Shown here: positions 1 through 14,059 of the stretch, one piece after another
How the letters are laid out: each line of letters starts with the position of its first letter
Numbering within the stretch: the stretch's first letter is position 1
Assembly (NCBI RefSeq): GCF_006345805.1
Contig: NC_043004.1
Location: 61,752,001-61,816,000, forward strand
Length of the DNA: 64,000 nt
Reading direction: 5' to 3'
Origin: Octopus sinensis
Lineage: Eukaryota
The notes under the pieces: generated by a model
Databases searched by the model: none
Told to the model about the DNA's origin: nothing
The model's input: only the letters and a program-made list of their open reading frames with translations
Made by a program: the position numbers and the translations under genes

Positions 1-349
1 TATACGCACTATCTATTTTCTCTTCACTCGTTTATTATCCTTCTTATTTTAACTCATATCCGTCATACTGAAAATGTTACAAAGACACACAGACACACAC
101 ACACACACAATCACACACACACTCTCACAAACATACACACACGCAAACACATACGGTATCTCACAGAAATATGTACGCCCTTAAAGTTTTTCGGTAAAAT
201 TGCGTTTATTCTGATAATATCGACTGTCGCTGACAGCATACTACGTACTCTGGTACTTTACGTACTTCTCTTTACTTGTAGTGACTTGGTTACTCCATTC
301 GTCACGTAGGAGAGTTGTACCATTATCATACATTCCCTACAACATTATT

Positions 350-1014
350 CTTTTCTACTCTAGGCACACGACTAGAAATTTTGGGAGAGAGGGCCAGTCG
401 TGTAAATCGACCCCAGTACGCAACCGGTATTTAATTTATCGCCCCCGAAAAATGAAAGGCAAAGTAACTTAATTTATCGACCTTCCTCCCCAAAAGAATG
501 AATGGTAATGTCGATCTCGGCGGAATTTGAACTCAGAACGTAACGGTAGACGAAATACCGCTAAGCATATCGCCCGGCGTGCTAACGTTTCTTATTCGTT
601 TACTGCCCACAAGGGGCTACACATAATGGGGACAAACAATGAGAAACAAAGGGATTAAGTCGATTATATCGATACCACTGCGTAACTGGTACTTATTTAA
701 TCGACCCAGTAAGGATGAAAGGCAAAGTCGACCTCGGCGGAATTTGAACTCTGAATGTAAAGACAGACGAATTACCAATTTCTATTTTTTTACTACCCAC
801 AAGGGACTAAACACAGAGGGGACAAACAATGACAGGCAAACGGATTAAGTCGATTACATCGATCCCAGTGCGTAACTGGTACTTAATTTATAGACTCCTG
901 AAGGATGAAAGGCAAAGTCGACCTCGGCGGAATTTGAACTCAGAACGTAACGGCAGACGAAATACGGCTACGCATTTCGCCCGGCGTCCTAACGTTTCTG
1001 CCAGCTCGCCTCCT
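350..1014 (-). mobile_element. tRNA-derived SINE, multimeric (about 3 partial units)
   Basis: Minus strand starts GGAGGCGAGCTGGCAGAAACG with B-box GAGTTCAAATTCC. The central GCCTTTCATCCTT...AAATTAAGTACCAG domain recurs 3 times. Same family as 13473 and 49228. Confidence 0.85.
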
Positions 1015-2020
1015 TCTCTTTAACAATATTGAAGACGCACATACGATGACAAGCAGAAGGTAGGTGACGTTACACATTAGTATGCAAGTGTATACAAATA
1101 AATCGGTTGTGGAAAACAGTTTTGTCGTATAGAAGCAAAGACAGGATTTACTCTGAAATTTGAATCTAGAACACAAGGAGTTGAATACAAAGACAAGCAG
1201 AAAATTCAATGCACTTGGTAAAAGTTTTGCAAGATCTGAAAAATTTAAAATAATGGTATTGTACAAAAGATGCAACCTAGAATAAAAACGGTAAAAGGAA
1301 GTGAGGGAGCCACAGAAATTCTCTTTTAGGCAGAATAATCAATGCAATAGGGATGAAATAGTAGAATGTCATATGTGTGCAGAAACTGAGTTTCGGTACG
1401 CTAAATATCTCGTAGTAGTCTGTCATATGCTAAAAGTTGAATAAGAGATAGAGTGAGAGAGAAAGATAGAGAGAGAGAGAAAGAAAAATAGAGAAAGAAA
1501 AGCCTAATTCACATTGTAATTAGTAAACGAGAAAGAGAGAGAGAAACCTAAGATTAAAAGTTATAAATGTATGTACGTGTGTGAGTGAGAATGTGTGTGT
1601 ATGTGTGAAAGCTTGGGTGCAAATGTGTGCGGAAAAGCACTGCTGTGTGTGTGTCTGTATGTGTGTGCACTGCTGTGTGTGAAGAGAAATGTTGTTGACA
1701 ATTGGGCACAAATGTAACTCCATTCAGCTTTGACCCAAAGACATATAAGATTTGAAGAAGTTACGGTTCTATTCCCTCTGCATTATCTGGTGAGACATTC
1801 AGTGTTGGAGGGCAAGCTGAGAAATTGGGATGTTAGCTGTAGTGGACAGTTGAATAGAAATTTGAGGAAATTGGTCATTCGTTGTGAAGATTGATGACTG
1901 TAAATGGCTTTGCGAATCTTTTGAGCATTCGCTAATATATTTTAATATTGAAGAAGGAACAATGAAGTTCGCAAATGGAGTTTCTTGGAATACGTCGGAG
2001 ATAGGGAAATGAGATCAAAC

Positions 2021-2381
2021 AGGTTAGCAACCCCATCCAACACAAAGCGGTATCTGTGGACCATACGGTTTCAGAACTATTACCCTTCGTTGGCACAGAA
2101 TAAATCTTTGGTTCAGATGCCGCTGCTAAACACCCGTTCGAAAATATATATGATTTTCTAATTGGCTCACAATCACTGGTATAATGAATAGAGAGATTGT
2201 TGATCTTAAATCTGTCAACGAGCGATATTCATTAGCACCAGTTTGAGTCATTCAGGAATTTATGTATATTTCGGAACGGGTGTTTAGCAGCCAAAGATTT
2301 AATCTACGCCGACAAAGGAAAATAACCCTGAAACCGTATGGTCCACAGATACTGCTTTGTGGTGCGTGAGGGTGCTAACCT
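2021..2381. repeat. Imperfect inverted repeat (arms about 2021-2159 and 2254-2381), PLE pseudo-LTR-like, with an HHR motif in each arm
   Basis: TATCTGTGGACCATACGGTTTCAG is the reverse complement of CTGAAACCGTATGGTCCACAGATA; GCTGCTAAACACCCGTTC pairs with GAACGGGTGTTTAGCAGC. Confidence 0.8.
2302..2350 (+). ncRNA. Degenerate type I hammerhead ribozyme motif (mirror copy 2052-2099, minus strand)
   Basis: Two-arm consensus: ATCTGTG-CCGACGA-AGGG..CCCT-GAAA-CC GTAT GG-TC-CACAGAT. Stems I, II and III and a GUC site are present; U4C core variant. Confidence 0.6.
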
Positions 2382-2546
2382 CCCCTGTTCGAAAATATAG
2401 TATAGTCAGCACGAGAAGTGTCTCGGGTCTAAACAGAAGCAATCTCCCTTAAACGGGACTGCTTTATAAGGTTGGCAAATAATCGTTACGTTATAGTGTT
2501 GCTACTGAATATCTCTCGTTGAGTCATTTAGGAACAACATTGTTTC

Positions 2547-2610
<64 letters not shown>

Positions 2611-2633
2611 CGTGTGTGTGTGTGTATACACAC

Positions 2634-3803
2634 ATGTGGGTAAATATGAAAAAATTATACGCAATCCTCTTTCTGTATTTATTAAAACAAAAGCATGGGT
2701 TGAATACACTATTTTCTGGATATAATCTCCATTCCTTTCGATGCACTTCTTTGAGAGGTACACACGCTTGCTTGATTACATCGGTGAAGTTTTTCATCTG
2801 ATCGCTCAGTCATATATGAACCACTTCCTGTATTCCTTTGTCCGTAGGTAATCGACGACGTTATAAAAGAATCTTCTGAGGTCCAATTATGTGATAGTCT
2901 GTAAAGGAGAGATCTGCGACACGAAATCCAATTTTTCAATGCTTTCAATGTTGGAGGCGGCCGTACATGGGTATGCATTGTCGTAAAACAATAGCACTTA
3001 CTTTGAATATAGACCTTATCTTTTCGTGCGAATATCCGGTTTCAGTTTGTTGGCCAACATGTCACTGTAGCCTACACCGGTGACTGTAGTCTCCTTTTTG
3101 CAGATAATATAATAGTATAGGATGTATTGCGTGCCCAAAAAACGGTTAGCATCACATTTCCTGCAGAGATCTTAGGTTTGAATATTTTTTGTTGACGATT
3201 CAGCGTGCTTCCACTCCATTCCCTGCACTTTGAATTCAGGTTTAACGTGGTATATCCAGGCCTCACAGTGACTATATTCTCGAAGAAAATCTCACCTTCC
3301 CAGTTGTTGCGAACGAGCAAGTATCGACGAGTCTGCGCACAGCTAGCTGCACGCCTGCGCTTCAGTGAGCTTACTTGGCACCCATTTACAGACTTACGAA
3401 AATGAAGCTTGTCAACGATGATTTCGTACGCAGAACCATTACTCATTTGCAGAGAACATGCGACCTCATTGCTCGTAGCTCATCGGTTCTCCATAACCAT
3501 TTCTTGAGGATGTTGAACCTAGTGATTCAAGCTTGTCCATCCATTTTTAAACTATTCGATTCAGTAACCCTAACCATTGATACAATGCAGACCAGAGAAA
3601 TTGAATCATTGACGCGTGTACCCTCCTCAGTGCATACAGCCAGCGGAGGGGGGCCATGTTTACTCTGCAACACTACATAGAAACATGGACCGCTCGGGCT
3701 CAATCGCAGTTAGCGCACCATAAGAAGACCATCTTTTAACACACGGTGTGGCCAAACTAAAGGTTTTGGTGCAAGTGCTGATAATTTTTGACTTCCACTC
3801 ATA
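2634..3803 (-). mobile_element. Decayed mariner (Tc1/mariner) transposon
   Basis: Frameshifted transposase motifs IVT..WIYH, SAGNVMLTVFW, LFYDNA.P, DYH and KCIERNGDYIQK*. Degenerate TIR-like ends containing AAAAATTAT. Confidence 0.8.
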
Positions 3804-3883
3804 TATCTATGTATGCGTGTGTGTATATGAGTGTGTAGACGTTAAATAAGCTCACACGCAAACACATACACACTCTCTGATAC

Positions 3884-3942
<59 letters not shown>

Positions 3943-4161
3943 CATATAACAAATTGTTATATATATTGTTGTAAGGTATGCATATATATATACAAAATGG
4001 GAAAATGGAGAAATATACCTAAATCAATCATCAACCATCAGATAATACCCAATGAATACTTTATTAAACCATTACACAACAGCAGTTATATTATACATAA
4101 TATATTACAAATATAACAAGACATAGAAATAGAAATAGAAAATACATTTATATTATAGCTG

Positions 4162-4280
<119 letters not shown>

Positions 4281-5483
4281 CATACACACACGCATACATA
4301 CATATATACATACATACATACATACATATATATATATATATTTATATATATATATATACGCACACATATTCAGTGTATTGATTACGTCACGGTAACAAAA
4401 TATATAGAAAGAATTAGATGTAAATTACCGATCTATTTTGCTTTTATTTATTCATAGCTATGAAAATTATTTAAATTAAACAAATTTTTTACTTGACGTC
4501 TTTGCTTTTTGAGGAACATTTATTTTAAAATGTATCAAAATGAACAAATCATAATATTAAACTACTTTAATTTCAGAAAACTGTACACAAAGGTTAGCGG
4601 AAAATCATTTATGCTCCATTAAAATACACGCGATATTCCTATTGTGCACAGTATAAATTTTTTTCTTAAATGTGTCAAAAATGCTTTATTCCGAAATAAA
4701 TGAAATAATCTTGTTTATCACCAAGTTAATTTTCATTAATAGAACATCTAATAATTTCTGAAATTCTAAAGACCAAATGCAATTTCTTTTTCTATGATAA
4801 TCCTTTCAGACTTACATATTTACTGAGCTAACACGTCTTCTAAATTTCTTTTTATATTCGTTCTTTGTTTTTCTCTCTGCTTTCGGATTACAATTCTCCT
4901 TTTCATATTCATTCCTCGATCGCTCTCTGTTAATTTCGCTATCACTCTTTATTCTTGTATCACTTTATTTTCGTCCCTTTTTTTATATTTTATATTTATA
5001 TATTCATATATTTCAAGTATTTCTATTTAACTTTCTATATCATCTCGTGCTTCTTTTGCAAATTCGTTGTATATTGATATATATTTCCTTCTTCTTTTTG
5101 TTGTTTCTATTCCAAGTATTTATTGTAAAAAAATCTGTATTATCAATGATTTTTGTTACACAGAACCGCAGTGTGAGCAAATACAACAGTATGTTTTCAT
5201 GGCATGTAAAGAACAGTTATAGTTTATTTCCAGTTCGCTAAGCGTATTGGTTAGGCTATTCCACCATTCCGTCTCCTCCATAACCTTTAAACATCATATC
5301 AGTTACATGCTAGATACTCTTCCGCAAATGTAAAAACATATAGTCTATTAATCTTTTAAATCACGAAGTATCAGACCGCAATCCTTAAGAAATAGTTGTG
5401 CTGCCTTCTACATGGATTTATTTTTAAATAATAAAGTTTGTCGTCGTCGTCGTCGACATCATCCTCATTATTATTATCAGTGC

Positions 5484-5557
<74 letters not shown>

Positions 5558-6536
5558 GTAAACAGATCTGACTTGATTTAGCAAGGATTATTCCTTTCAA
5601 GAAGAAAATATATCTTTCAAACTATTTTCGCTATTTTATATTTAAGTTGCATTGATGTACTTGTTCTGACAGAAAACAAATCAACACTGACAAATACTCG
5701 CAAGAGAGATTCTTAGAATACTTACAAAACTTGTAACTGAATTCTAATTTTATATCACTTGAAAAGATTATGGGAATTTTACGTTCATATTATTTCCTTT
5801 TATGTATTTTTTTCTATATTAATCATTTGAAGTAGTTTCAAATTACTATGTCCATGACGCATGATGTAATGTTCCAATAATTTTATGACATACAAGATAT
5901 GAATACAGACAGCATGTAGAATATGGCAAAACTGCGTTTTAATGATTAAGAGTGGGCTGAAAAGAAAACTTCAGCATATTCACAGAATGCTTTTCTAGAA
6001 AATTGTCACTGGCTGTTGCAAAGAAAGTAATACTGAAAATTCGAAAAGGTGTTACGCTTTTATGAATGTTTTTCGAAAATATCATAACTATTAAATTTAA
6101 AATATTTACTCTAAAACATATACCATTTTCGTTCTAATGTCCTTCCGAGCACAGAAAAACCAAATGTCAATGATGAATTCTTAGTATATTACAGTAGTTT
6201 GGCAGAAAGCTTAATCTATAAAAATACGAGTTTTACTTATGTAAACCTAATTAATAGAATGATATTAATAATAATATTAGATTATTTTTATATAATATCT
6301 TACTTATTGCTAGTGTGTTATTTTAACCATATTATTGTAAACTGTTGTTTGGAAGGAGGTTGACTCCTAATGTACTCTGCTTTCATATAAATGGACAAGC
6401 CCAGAGAGTGTGGAGAGAGATTCGGTGAGCTGTAAAGCCGTGTGCTTGTTCTGTTAAATCATTTCTGATTCCGGTTGAAGTAAGTCTTGTTATACTTTGT
6501 TATATTTGTTGATATTCTCGAGCGAAGCAGCCGTAA

Positions 6537-8617
6537 TGAATAAAACCGAGGAGGACGCCAAAATTCTAAAGGTAACAAGGTTACAAAAGTTAATTAGCAG
6601 GGGATATGTCCTAGAAATTGTCAATCGGGTCGGACAACAAGATTTGAACGAAATCACTGAAGAGGTGATTCTACCGGAGGACGTAAGGTTGAAAATGGTG
6701 ATGGAAGGAATACCACCAACCTGCTATTAATGGGGAGAAAAGGGAAGGAGAATTACAACCGTGTTTCGTGGTCTGTTACCACAACAGCTCCTTTATAGGA
6801 TCCAGTTAGCTCAAGACATCATCAGGAAGAACCACGTCCGGTTTCGGCCCCTACTCATCTACTGTTTTGACGTGGCGGGCTCCCCCCTTTCGGAGGTCTT
6901 TTCAGCTCTGGTGTTGGGTGCATGTCTTCTTTCTTCTTCTTTATTCTGTTCCCTGGCCTTTTCGATGTATCGTCAGCGAGTGTCAGCCGGTGACTGACTG
7001 TCTTGTCAAATTTTTTCCTTTAAATACCTGCCCATAGGCTCCAGCAGGCAGCCCCAGCAAGTTGTCACGTAACACTGTCTCACCTTAACTGACTAATGAA
7101 GGCGCGTAGTTTTAGCCCACGCTTTTTCTAAACGACCGTCACCTGTCAGTCAGCTTGTCTCACCAAATGATGTTATTTCCCGTCGGTGTGTTTGACTTTC
7201 AAGCCATTTTCGGTCTTCCCGCTTCAGCCATATAGAGAAGCTGGCGTTTTCGACCGCCTCCTGTACTCTCCTTATTAGTTTACGCAGCTCGGAGCTAGAA
7301 AAAACAAATCTTTTTTTGAAAAGCGTTGTCATTTTCTTTTCAATGAAGCCTCTATCCCCCACTGCCAGGTGATAATATTCGACATTCCATCCCTGTTCTC
7401 TGCATTCTTCGATTAGCTTTTCATACCTCTTCTCCTTTCGTTCCTCTGCATTGCTGATGTTCTCTTCCCAATTTACTGTCAGTTCTAGTAAAATTCCCAT
7501 TCTCCGGTCTCTGTTCCAAAGAACTAAATCCGGTCTTTTTGTTGTTTTTATTAGTGGAAATATTACTTGTCTTTCCAAGTCCGTGGCCACCTCCCAGTAT
7601 CCCTTCCATCTTTCGTCTATCTCGTATACTTTACTTGTAGGCCTGGTTTTATAACCTTTCCCTCCTTGTGGAAGTATACTCTCCTGCGCTTTTCTACTTT
7701 TGGGTATTCTCCCCTATTGTACTTCTCGATCTTATCCTTGAGTGCTGTGCTTATCACGCCGATGACTTGATTATGCCGCCATGTATACCTTTCAAGTGCT
7801 AGTCTGCAACCTGACAGAAGATTTCTAACTTTTGCTTTCTCTCCGCATCTACACTCGTCGGTTGTTTTTATGTTCCCCTGGACTAAGTTCGCCGGTGAGG
7901 GTAGAACGTCGAAGATAGACTTAATCAGGAAGGATGTTCTTGCTTGTTCCCAAGCCCAAAGTTCCTTCCATGATATTCTGCGGTTGATCACATATTTCTC
8001 CCATCTCAGGCACTGTCCCTCTTGACTGCAATGTACATTTCGCCTTTTTTCTTCCTCCTTTCTCACTTCGTATACCACTGCCTCTTTCATCTCTTATATC
8101 ACTGCCTCTTTCATCTCTTTCATCACCAATCTGCTATCAATGGGGAGAAAAGGGACGCATTAGAATAAAGTGCCCCCGGAGAGACAGTAAATGTGAGGAA
8201 AACCAACATGAGTAAAGTACCGAAGTGACAGGCCTAGCACGCGAGAAATGTACGGAAGAAACATAAGAGGCATTTACAGAAGTGACGAAGAGGAAAAGAA
8301 AAGAAATAGTGAACTCATCCCCGAAAAGCCCCAAAATGAAAAGGTAGAGTGAAACTGACATAAAGCCCAGGAAAAACAGATGGCATATGGTAACATATTC
8401 AAAGACCACGACAATAGAAAGGAAAATTACCAAATTTAAATCTGTAATCAGAGTAAAATTACCAGCGGAGCTTTACACAGAAAATACAAAAGGCATAGTA
8501 ATAGACCAAGAGAGAAATGGAAAGTTAAAAGAATGCTTTGGAACCAACTTAGACCCATTGAGAGTGGAGATAGAATTTGAAGACCTAACACCTGTTGTAG
8601 ACCATATCTACTCGTAA
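6537..8617 (+). pseudogene. Gag/ORF1-like zinc-knuckle ORF remnant interrupted by a HERO insertion
   Basis: MVMEGIPPTCY*WGEKG continues after the insertion as ICYQWGEKGRIRIKCP, a degenerate CX2CX4HX4C knuckle, followed by a basic low-complexity region. Confidence 0.55.
6746..8123 (-). mobile_element. 5'-truncated RLE-type non-LTR retrotransposon, HERO clade
   Basis: WKELW..SFLIKSIFDVLPSPANL, CRC..LLSGC..RYTWRHNQV, RPDLVLW..LLELTVNWEE..RKEKRY..GW..VGDRGF. Flanked by a 32-bp duplication at 6714-6745 and 8124-8155. Confidence 0.9.
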
Positions 8618-9878
8618 AACGTGAGTAAACGTTTGTAATTTTATTAAAGACACACCAAATACGATACTAAAAAGGGGAAAACGGGGAAAATATATAAAAA
8701 CTGTTATAAAAAGAGCTAAATGGTACTGCTTGAGAGTGGGGTTAAAGCAGCCATCACATCCTCATTAATTATAATCCATTTTTCGTTCATTCGCTTTGTT
8801 TTTTGTCCCCACAGTATTGTTCTGTCTCTCCTTGTACCGTCTCGCTCTGTATCATGACCAGTGTATCTACATAAAGAAAATGAGTCGGTGAGCAGTGTAA
8901 AGACGTGTGTTGCATATTGTCGAGTGTAATTATAAGTATTCTGTATCTTGAGTAGAACGATATGCGTAGACGTTATTTATTGTCCCGTCATATCATACGT
9001 GGAAGGTTCAATACAACCTAAACACACTATGGTAAATCTATGATGAAAAAATATGCATAAATCAAGTGAACAAACTAGCAAATACAAATCTAGTTTTCTG
9101 ACTCATGTTTTTCCTATTTGAGTTTTATTATAATATCGTACAGAATCATCTGGTTATGTCGTTCAGTTGCACCACCACATTCAAGATTAGAAGTAAATGC
9201 GGCACAGCAAGAGAGATCCCTGATTCGCCTTGTTATACATATTATCAGGACCCACGAATCAACTTTTTGGCTGCAAGCCGATATTAACTCGTACTCTGCA
9301 CATAAGTTTTAAAATTTAACCAGTTTTTAATTTTCTCTATCCCATGCTGTTTCCCTACGTGTTTTTGACGAATTTCTTTGATATATAGGGAGAGGAAAGT
9401 TGCGACAAGTAAATATAGCAAAGGGATCATATAAAGAAATATCGACGTTCAGAGTCAGTGTTTATCTGTAGGTCCGTCATGTGCTAATGTGTCCAACAAT
9501 AATTGAGGGTGTATAAGGAAAGATAAGATTTGTATAAATATGATCATTTAAATGACAATGCCGAGCGATTCTAACTCTCGTTTCTCAACTGCTCATTCCA
9601 TATTTGATTAGAAGTTTTCCTGAAGCTGACATGTTACACAAGTATGATAATGACGCAAATAAGAAACCGAATTGGAAAGTTACTGCAACTATATTTCGAT
9701 TATGAATGTTGCATTCTAAATGGAAGAAGAAGATTTATATATGGTTTCATTTTGCTATAAGCGCGCGTGCGGATCAGTTCAATGCTAGCGGGGGGATTTT
9801 CATTAATCATTATCGTTTATGTTTATATTCATCATAAGTAATTTTTGATGAGGCTACGGAAATTGCTAAAACTACCGA

Positions 9879-9964
<86 letters not shown>

Positions 9965-10479
9965 TATATGTATATACATACATACACACACACGCACACA
10001 CACACACATACACACTCACACCCATATATATACACATATAAACCTTTAAAGTCAGATTATGCTTATGAAAACAAATACCTAGCACATTTAATCAAGAGAG
10101 ATATCAGTCCATGTAAATAGGAAGACATATGACTAGAGATAGTCAGAATTATTAATTATTTCTGTTAGTGCGAATAAGTACACTTTATATGTCTTTCGTA
10201 ATATCTGTTGACTACGCTTTCTTCAATGAACGAATTGGCCAGTGTTTCCTCAGAGCATGGTTAGAAGTTCCAAGAAAATTATATGACTCCATATATATAT
10301 ATATGAAAGCTGTGCACAGACATATACGCAGAATAGTTGGCTGGGGTTTGTTCTCCATGGCTTCGTGGATGGGATTTGAACCCAACAAAAGAGAGGCATG
10401 GTCTGTCGCAAACTGTGCATACGAAATGCCATTGCCATTCACGTTCTCGATCGTAACCTTCATCCTTGGATGTGTTTTG

Positions 10480-10730
10480 AGTCTTACATGCTTTATCGTG
10501 GCCTCCTCAAATAATTTCACTCCACCGCACAGTTTTGGTCTCCCCCCCCCAACTCGATCCGAAGAAAAGGACTCTGTGTCTTCTGGATCCATTCCAAATG
10601 ACATTAGTTTATTTTCATTCGTTTGGGCCCTCAATTTTAGAAGTTCTATTTCCATTTTCCTTTCTTTCAGTGCCATTCTGTCCCTGAGGCATCTTTGTGT
10701 TACAGATTCCTCTGTAACGGCTTTGATCTG
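10480..10730 (-). pseudogene. Possible decayed LTR-retrotransposon gag fragment
   Basis: Coiled-coil MALKERKMEIELLKLRAQ followed by RPKL..VKLFEE resembles Gypsy gag N-termini. Weak resemblance only. Confidence 0.3.
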
Positions 10731-10931
10731 GAATTTATAGCGGCGTACATACACTTTGATCTCTTATATGTAAGTATATACTTATTTCAATTTTGTACGA
10801 CTCTATTCTTTCTTCCTTTCTATCTTTCTAGCAGCCCTTTCACGCTTACTTCATTCGTTCGACTCTTCATTCTTTCGTTCCTCCTCTCTGTTCCCCCACT
10901 TCTCTCTCTCTCTCTCTCTCTCTGTATATAT

Positions 10932-11009
<78 letters not shown>

Positions 11010-12749
11010 CAATAATCAAACCGCAGGTAACCATCATTCTCTGTGAAATGACTATGCTTAGTGACATATGTGCATTTACATATAAACCTGCGCCTTACTA
11101 GATAAGCACTACGGCATTTGGGTATCCTATGTTTATAAATGCTTATACATACTGGTAATACATCAAGAAATAGGCACACATAAAAATAATACATAAAAAG
11201 AATCATATGACCAGAAAATATAATTCAGTGCATTGATGTAATATTCATGTGGTTATGCAAAAATATATCTATATTATCCGAATTAATCATTATAAAATTA
11301 TTTTTTATGATAAATATTTTTTACGGATGTAATTCCTGCAAATTATTATAAAACTTGTGTAATAATGTGAAGATTACTCCCATAAAATTATTTGTGCACG
11401 ACTCTTATTTCTCACGAGCTTTTCCTATTCAAAAGCAAAATAAATTCTATTTCTACTGTCTTTACGATCAAGCCAATAATGAAATTATTACATCACAGTG
11501 TTTTATCTCTGTTATAAATTAGGAAAGAATACTCAAGTCTCATCGGCATATATGACAATGACCACATCTAGCAGAGTAATATACACTGAAGCGAATCGAT
11601 TTTATAGCTCGTTTTTGTATAATATTTCGAAACAAGAATAGAACTGTTACGAATAGTATTTTTTGTTCTAAGCGTTTCCTACATGATATTCGCCGTATTT
11701 GTCTTTTCCTTTTATAAATATATTTTGTACCATCATGAAAAGAATGTCTTTTTTATCTCCCCCTCTTTTTTTTAATCCTTTAAATACAATTCTGTTGATA
11801 CGTTTGTATTACGTGAAAAGAAACACTGAAACTAAGAAAGCTCATACAAATTGTTATAATGTTACTCTCAAAATATTCAAGAAAGACACTCCAAGCATAA
11901 TTCTTATTATCTCACTGCCATTTCGGAATTGCATGTGACTTGAAAATAGATTAGTTTTACAAAGAAAACATTCATGATATTTTTGTTTTTGTAAAAAAAT
12001 ATATATATATAAAAAATAGTCTCGAACAAGTTTTCTTTTGTAGTAAATATATTTTGTAGAAGTAAATCTCCAATAATATCACACGTATTTAACTGAGATA
12101 TTTGGCACTTTCATTCACAAACATAGCTTTTTGTCATTTTTGTTAACCAGGAAAGAAGTCCATTTTTTTTTCTCATTTAGTATGACTGCAGTTAAGGTAA
12201 GACGAAGCGATTTTATTAAGATTTTACAAAAGAGAAGAGCTGTCATACCACAATGACTTTTCCACCACACTACATTGAACATCATTTTTTCAGATCGAAT
12301 TAATCTCGTGTAACACCAGATATTCACCACTTTAACAGAACTTTCAACCCTCCCTCTTCTTAAACACCAATTCTTTGAATAACACAGTTCTGATCCCACC
12401 ACTTTGGCTGTTATTTTTTGGGGGGTGGGGGCACTAGTGATTTGTGAGACATTATGACGTAATATTAAAATCATTTATCATCACAATTCTATCTATGTAT
12501 GCAAAAATCAGGACAGCAGGCCATCTTCGAAGGCAACACAGGAAAAGTTTAATGCACACTTTAACAGAAAATATTCATACATGTTTGAACTGTTCATTGT
12601 GGTCAATCCCAAGTGCGTTATTTCTAAGGAAATGTTCTGAAAACATTCTCAACACTAAGACCCACTATTTTAGTGGTTGAACATACAGTAAATTTACCAA
12701 AATATTCTCTAATGAATTATTGCTATAAAGATATATATATAATTATATA

Positions 12750-13200
12750 TATATATATATATGAATTTCTTTTGCGTAATGACATAAAAAAACAAGATTG
12801 TATAAATATTAGAGCATTTATAGATAGGTTTTACAACTGTTTTTAGAATATTAATTAATAATAATATCCCTTCATCGGAGACGGTGTGAGAGGAAAAATT
12901 AAGTCATAGTTAGTTTCGATGTGATACAAATAGAAAGTGAGGTGGAGGAAAGAAAATAGATAAGGTATGTATGGTTATTGAGTTCATAAATCCGTTTTAT
13001 AGGCATAATGGTATATATGTGTATTATTCCAATATCCTTTGAGCAAAATCCAAAAGTCCAACAGTGTTTAATATGAGTCCATCCAGATGTAAAGTTTATA
13101 ACCAATGTAAAATTCTCTTAAAGTTGGTCATTCCTAGTAGGGAATTTATATCGAATGTAGCAGATTCCAGGTTTGTGTTTAAATTGAACTAGAAATAGGA
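12750..13200 (-). mobile_element. Degenerate Penelope-like 3' end with an HHR remnant at 12828-12882
   Basis: Frameshifted REFYI..YK/TLHLDGL resembles the GIY-YIG C-terminal TLHPxGLN. Downstream CCGATGA-AGGGATATT..AATATTCT-AAAAAC AGTT GTA. Confidence 0.45.
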
Positions 13201-13472
13201 AGCGTATTAGTTTGGTCAAATTCAAAACAAGAAGAGAGGAATGACAAAGAAGAAAAAAAGACAGATAAGAGGAGGAGAGAAAGAAAGAACTAATGAGAAA
13301 GAAGGAAGACGATTAGTAAAAACAAAAATAAAGAATAAATCCCATGAAGGTAAGAATAAAGAGAATAAGGAAAGGAAAAAAGAAAAAATTAAGTAATAGG
13401 TTGGTCAGTGGTTAGTGGAGGCAGTTTGAAAGTAGGAGTGGGGATAGAGAGAGAACAGTATTATAGTATAAA

Positions 13473-13961
13473 GGCGGCGAGCTGTCAGAAACGTTAGCAC
13501 GCCGGGCGAAATGCTTATCGATATTCCGTTTAACGCTACGTTCTGAGTTCAAATTCCGCCGAGGTCGACCTTACCTTTCATCCATTCGGGGTCGATAAAT
13601 TAAGTACCAGTTACGCACTGGTGTCGATGTAATCGACTTAATCCCCTTGTCTGTCCTTGTTTGTCCCTTCTATGTTTAACCCCTTGTGGGCAATAAAGAA
13701 ATAAGAAACGTTAGCACGCCGGACGAAAAAGGCGGCGAGCTGGCAGAAACGTTAGCACACCGGGCGAAATGCTTGGCGGTATTTCGTCTGCGTTACGTTG
13801 TGAGTTCAAATTCCGCCGACGTCGACTTTGCCTTTCATCCTTTCGGGGTCGATAAATTAAGCACCAGTTACGCACTGGGGTCGATGTAATCGACTTAATA
13901 CCTATGTCTGTCCTTGTTTGTCCCCTCTGTGTTTAGCCCCTTGTGGGTAATAAAGAAATAG
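13473..13961 (+). mobile_element. tRNA-derived SINE dimer with 15-bp TSD
   Basis: Two GGCGGCGAGCTG heads. TSD GTATTATAGTATAAA at 13458-13472 and 13962-13976. Confidence 0.9.
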
Positions 13962-14059
13962 GTATTATAGTATAAATGATAGAGGAATGGGGGTTAAGAA
14001 GTAGAGGGAGTACTAAGTGTAGTAGTAGCTATTACTTGTGAGGCAATTATATGAAGAAT

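Noticed and set aside
5164-5250. Microexon pair
   Set aside because: AG/GT matches of this quality are expected by chance in AT-rich DNA, and there is no supporting coding pattern.
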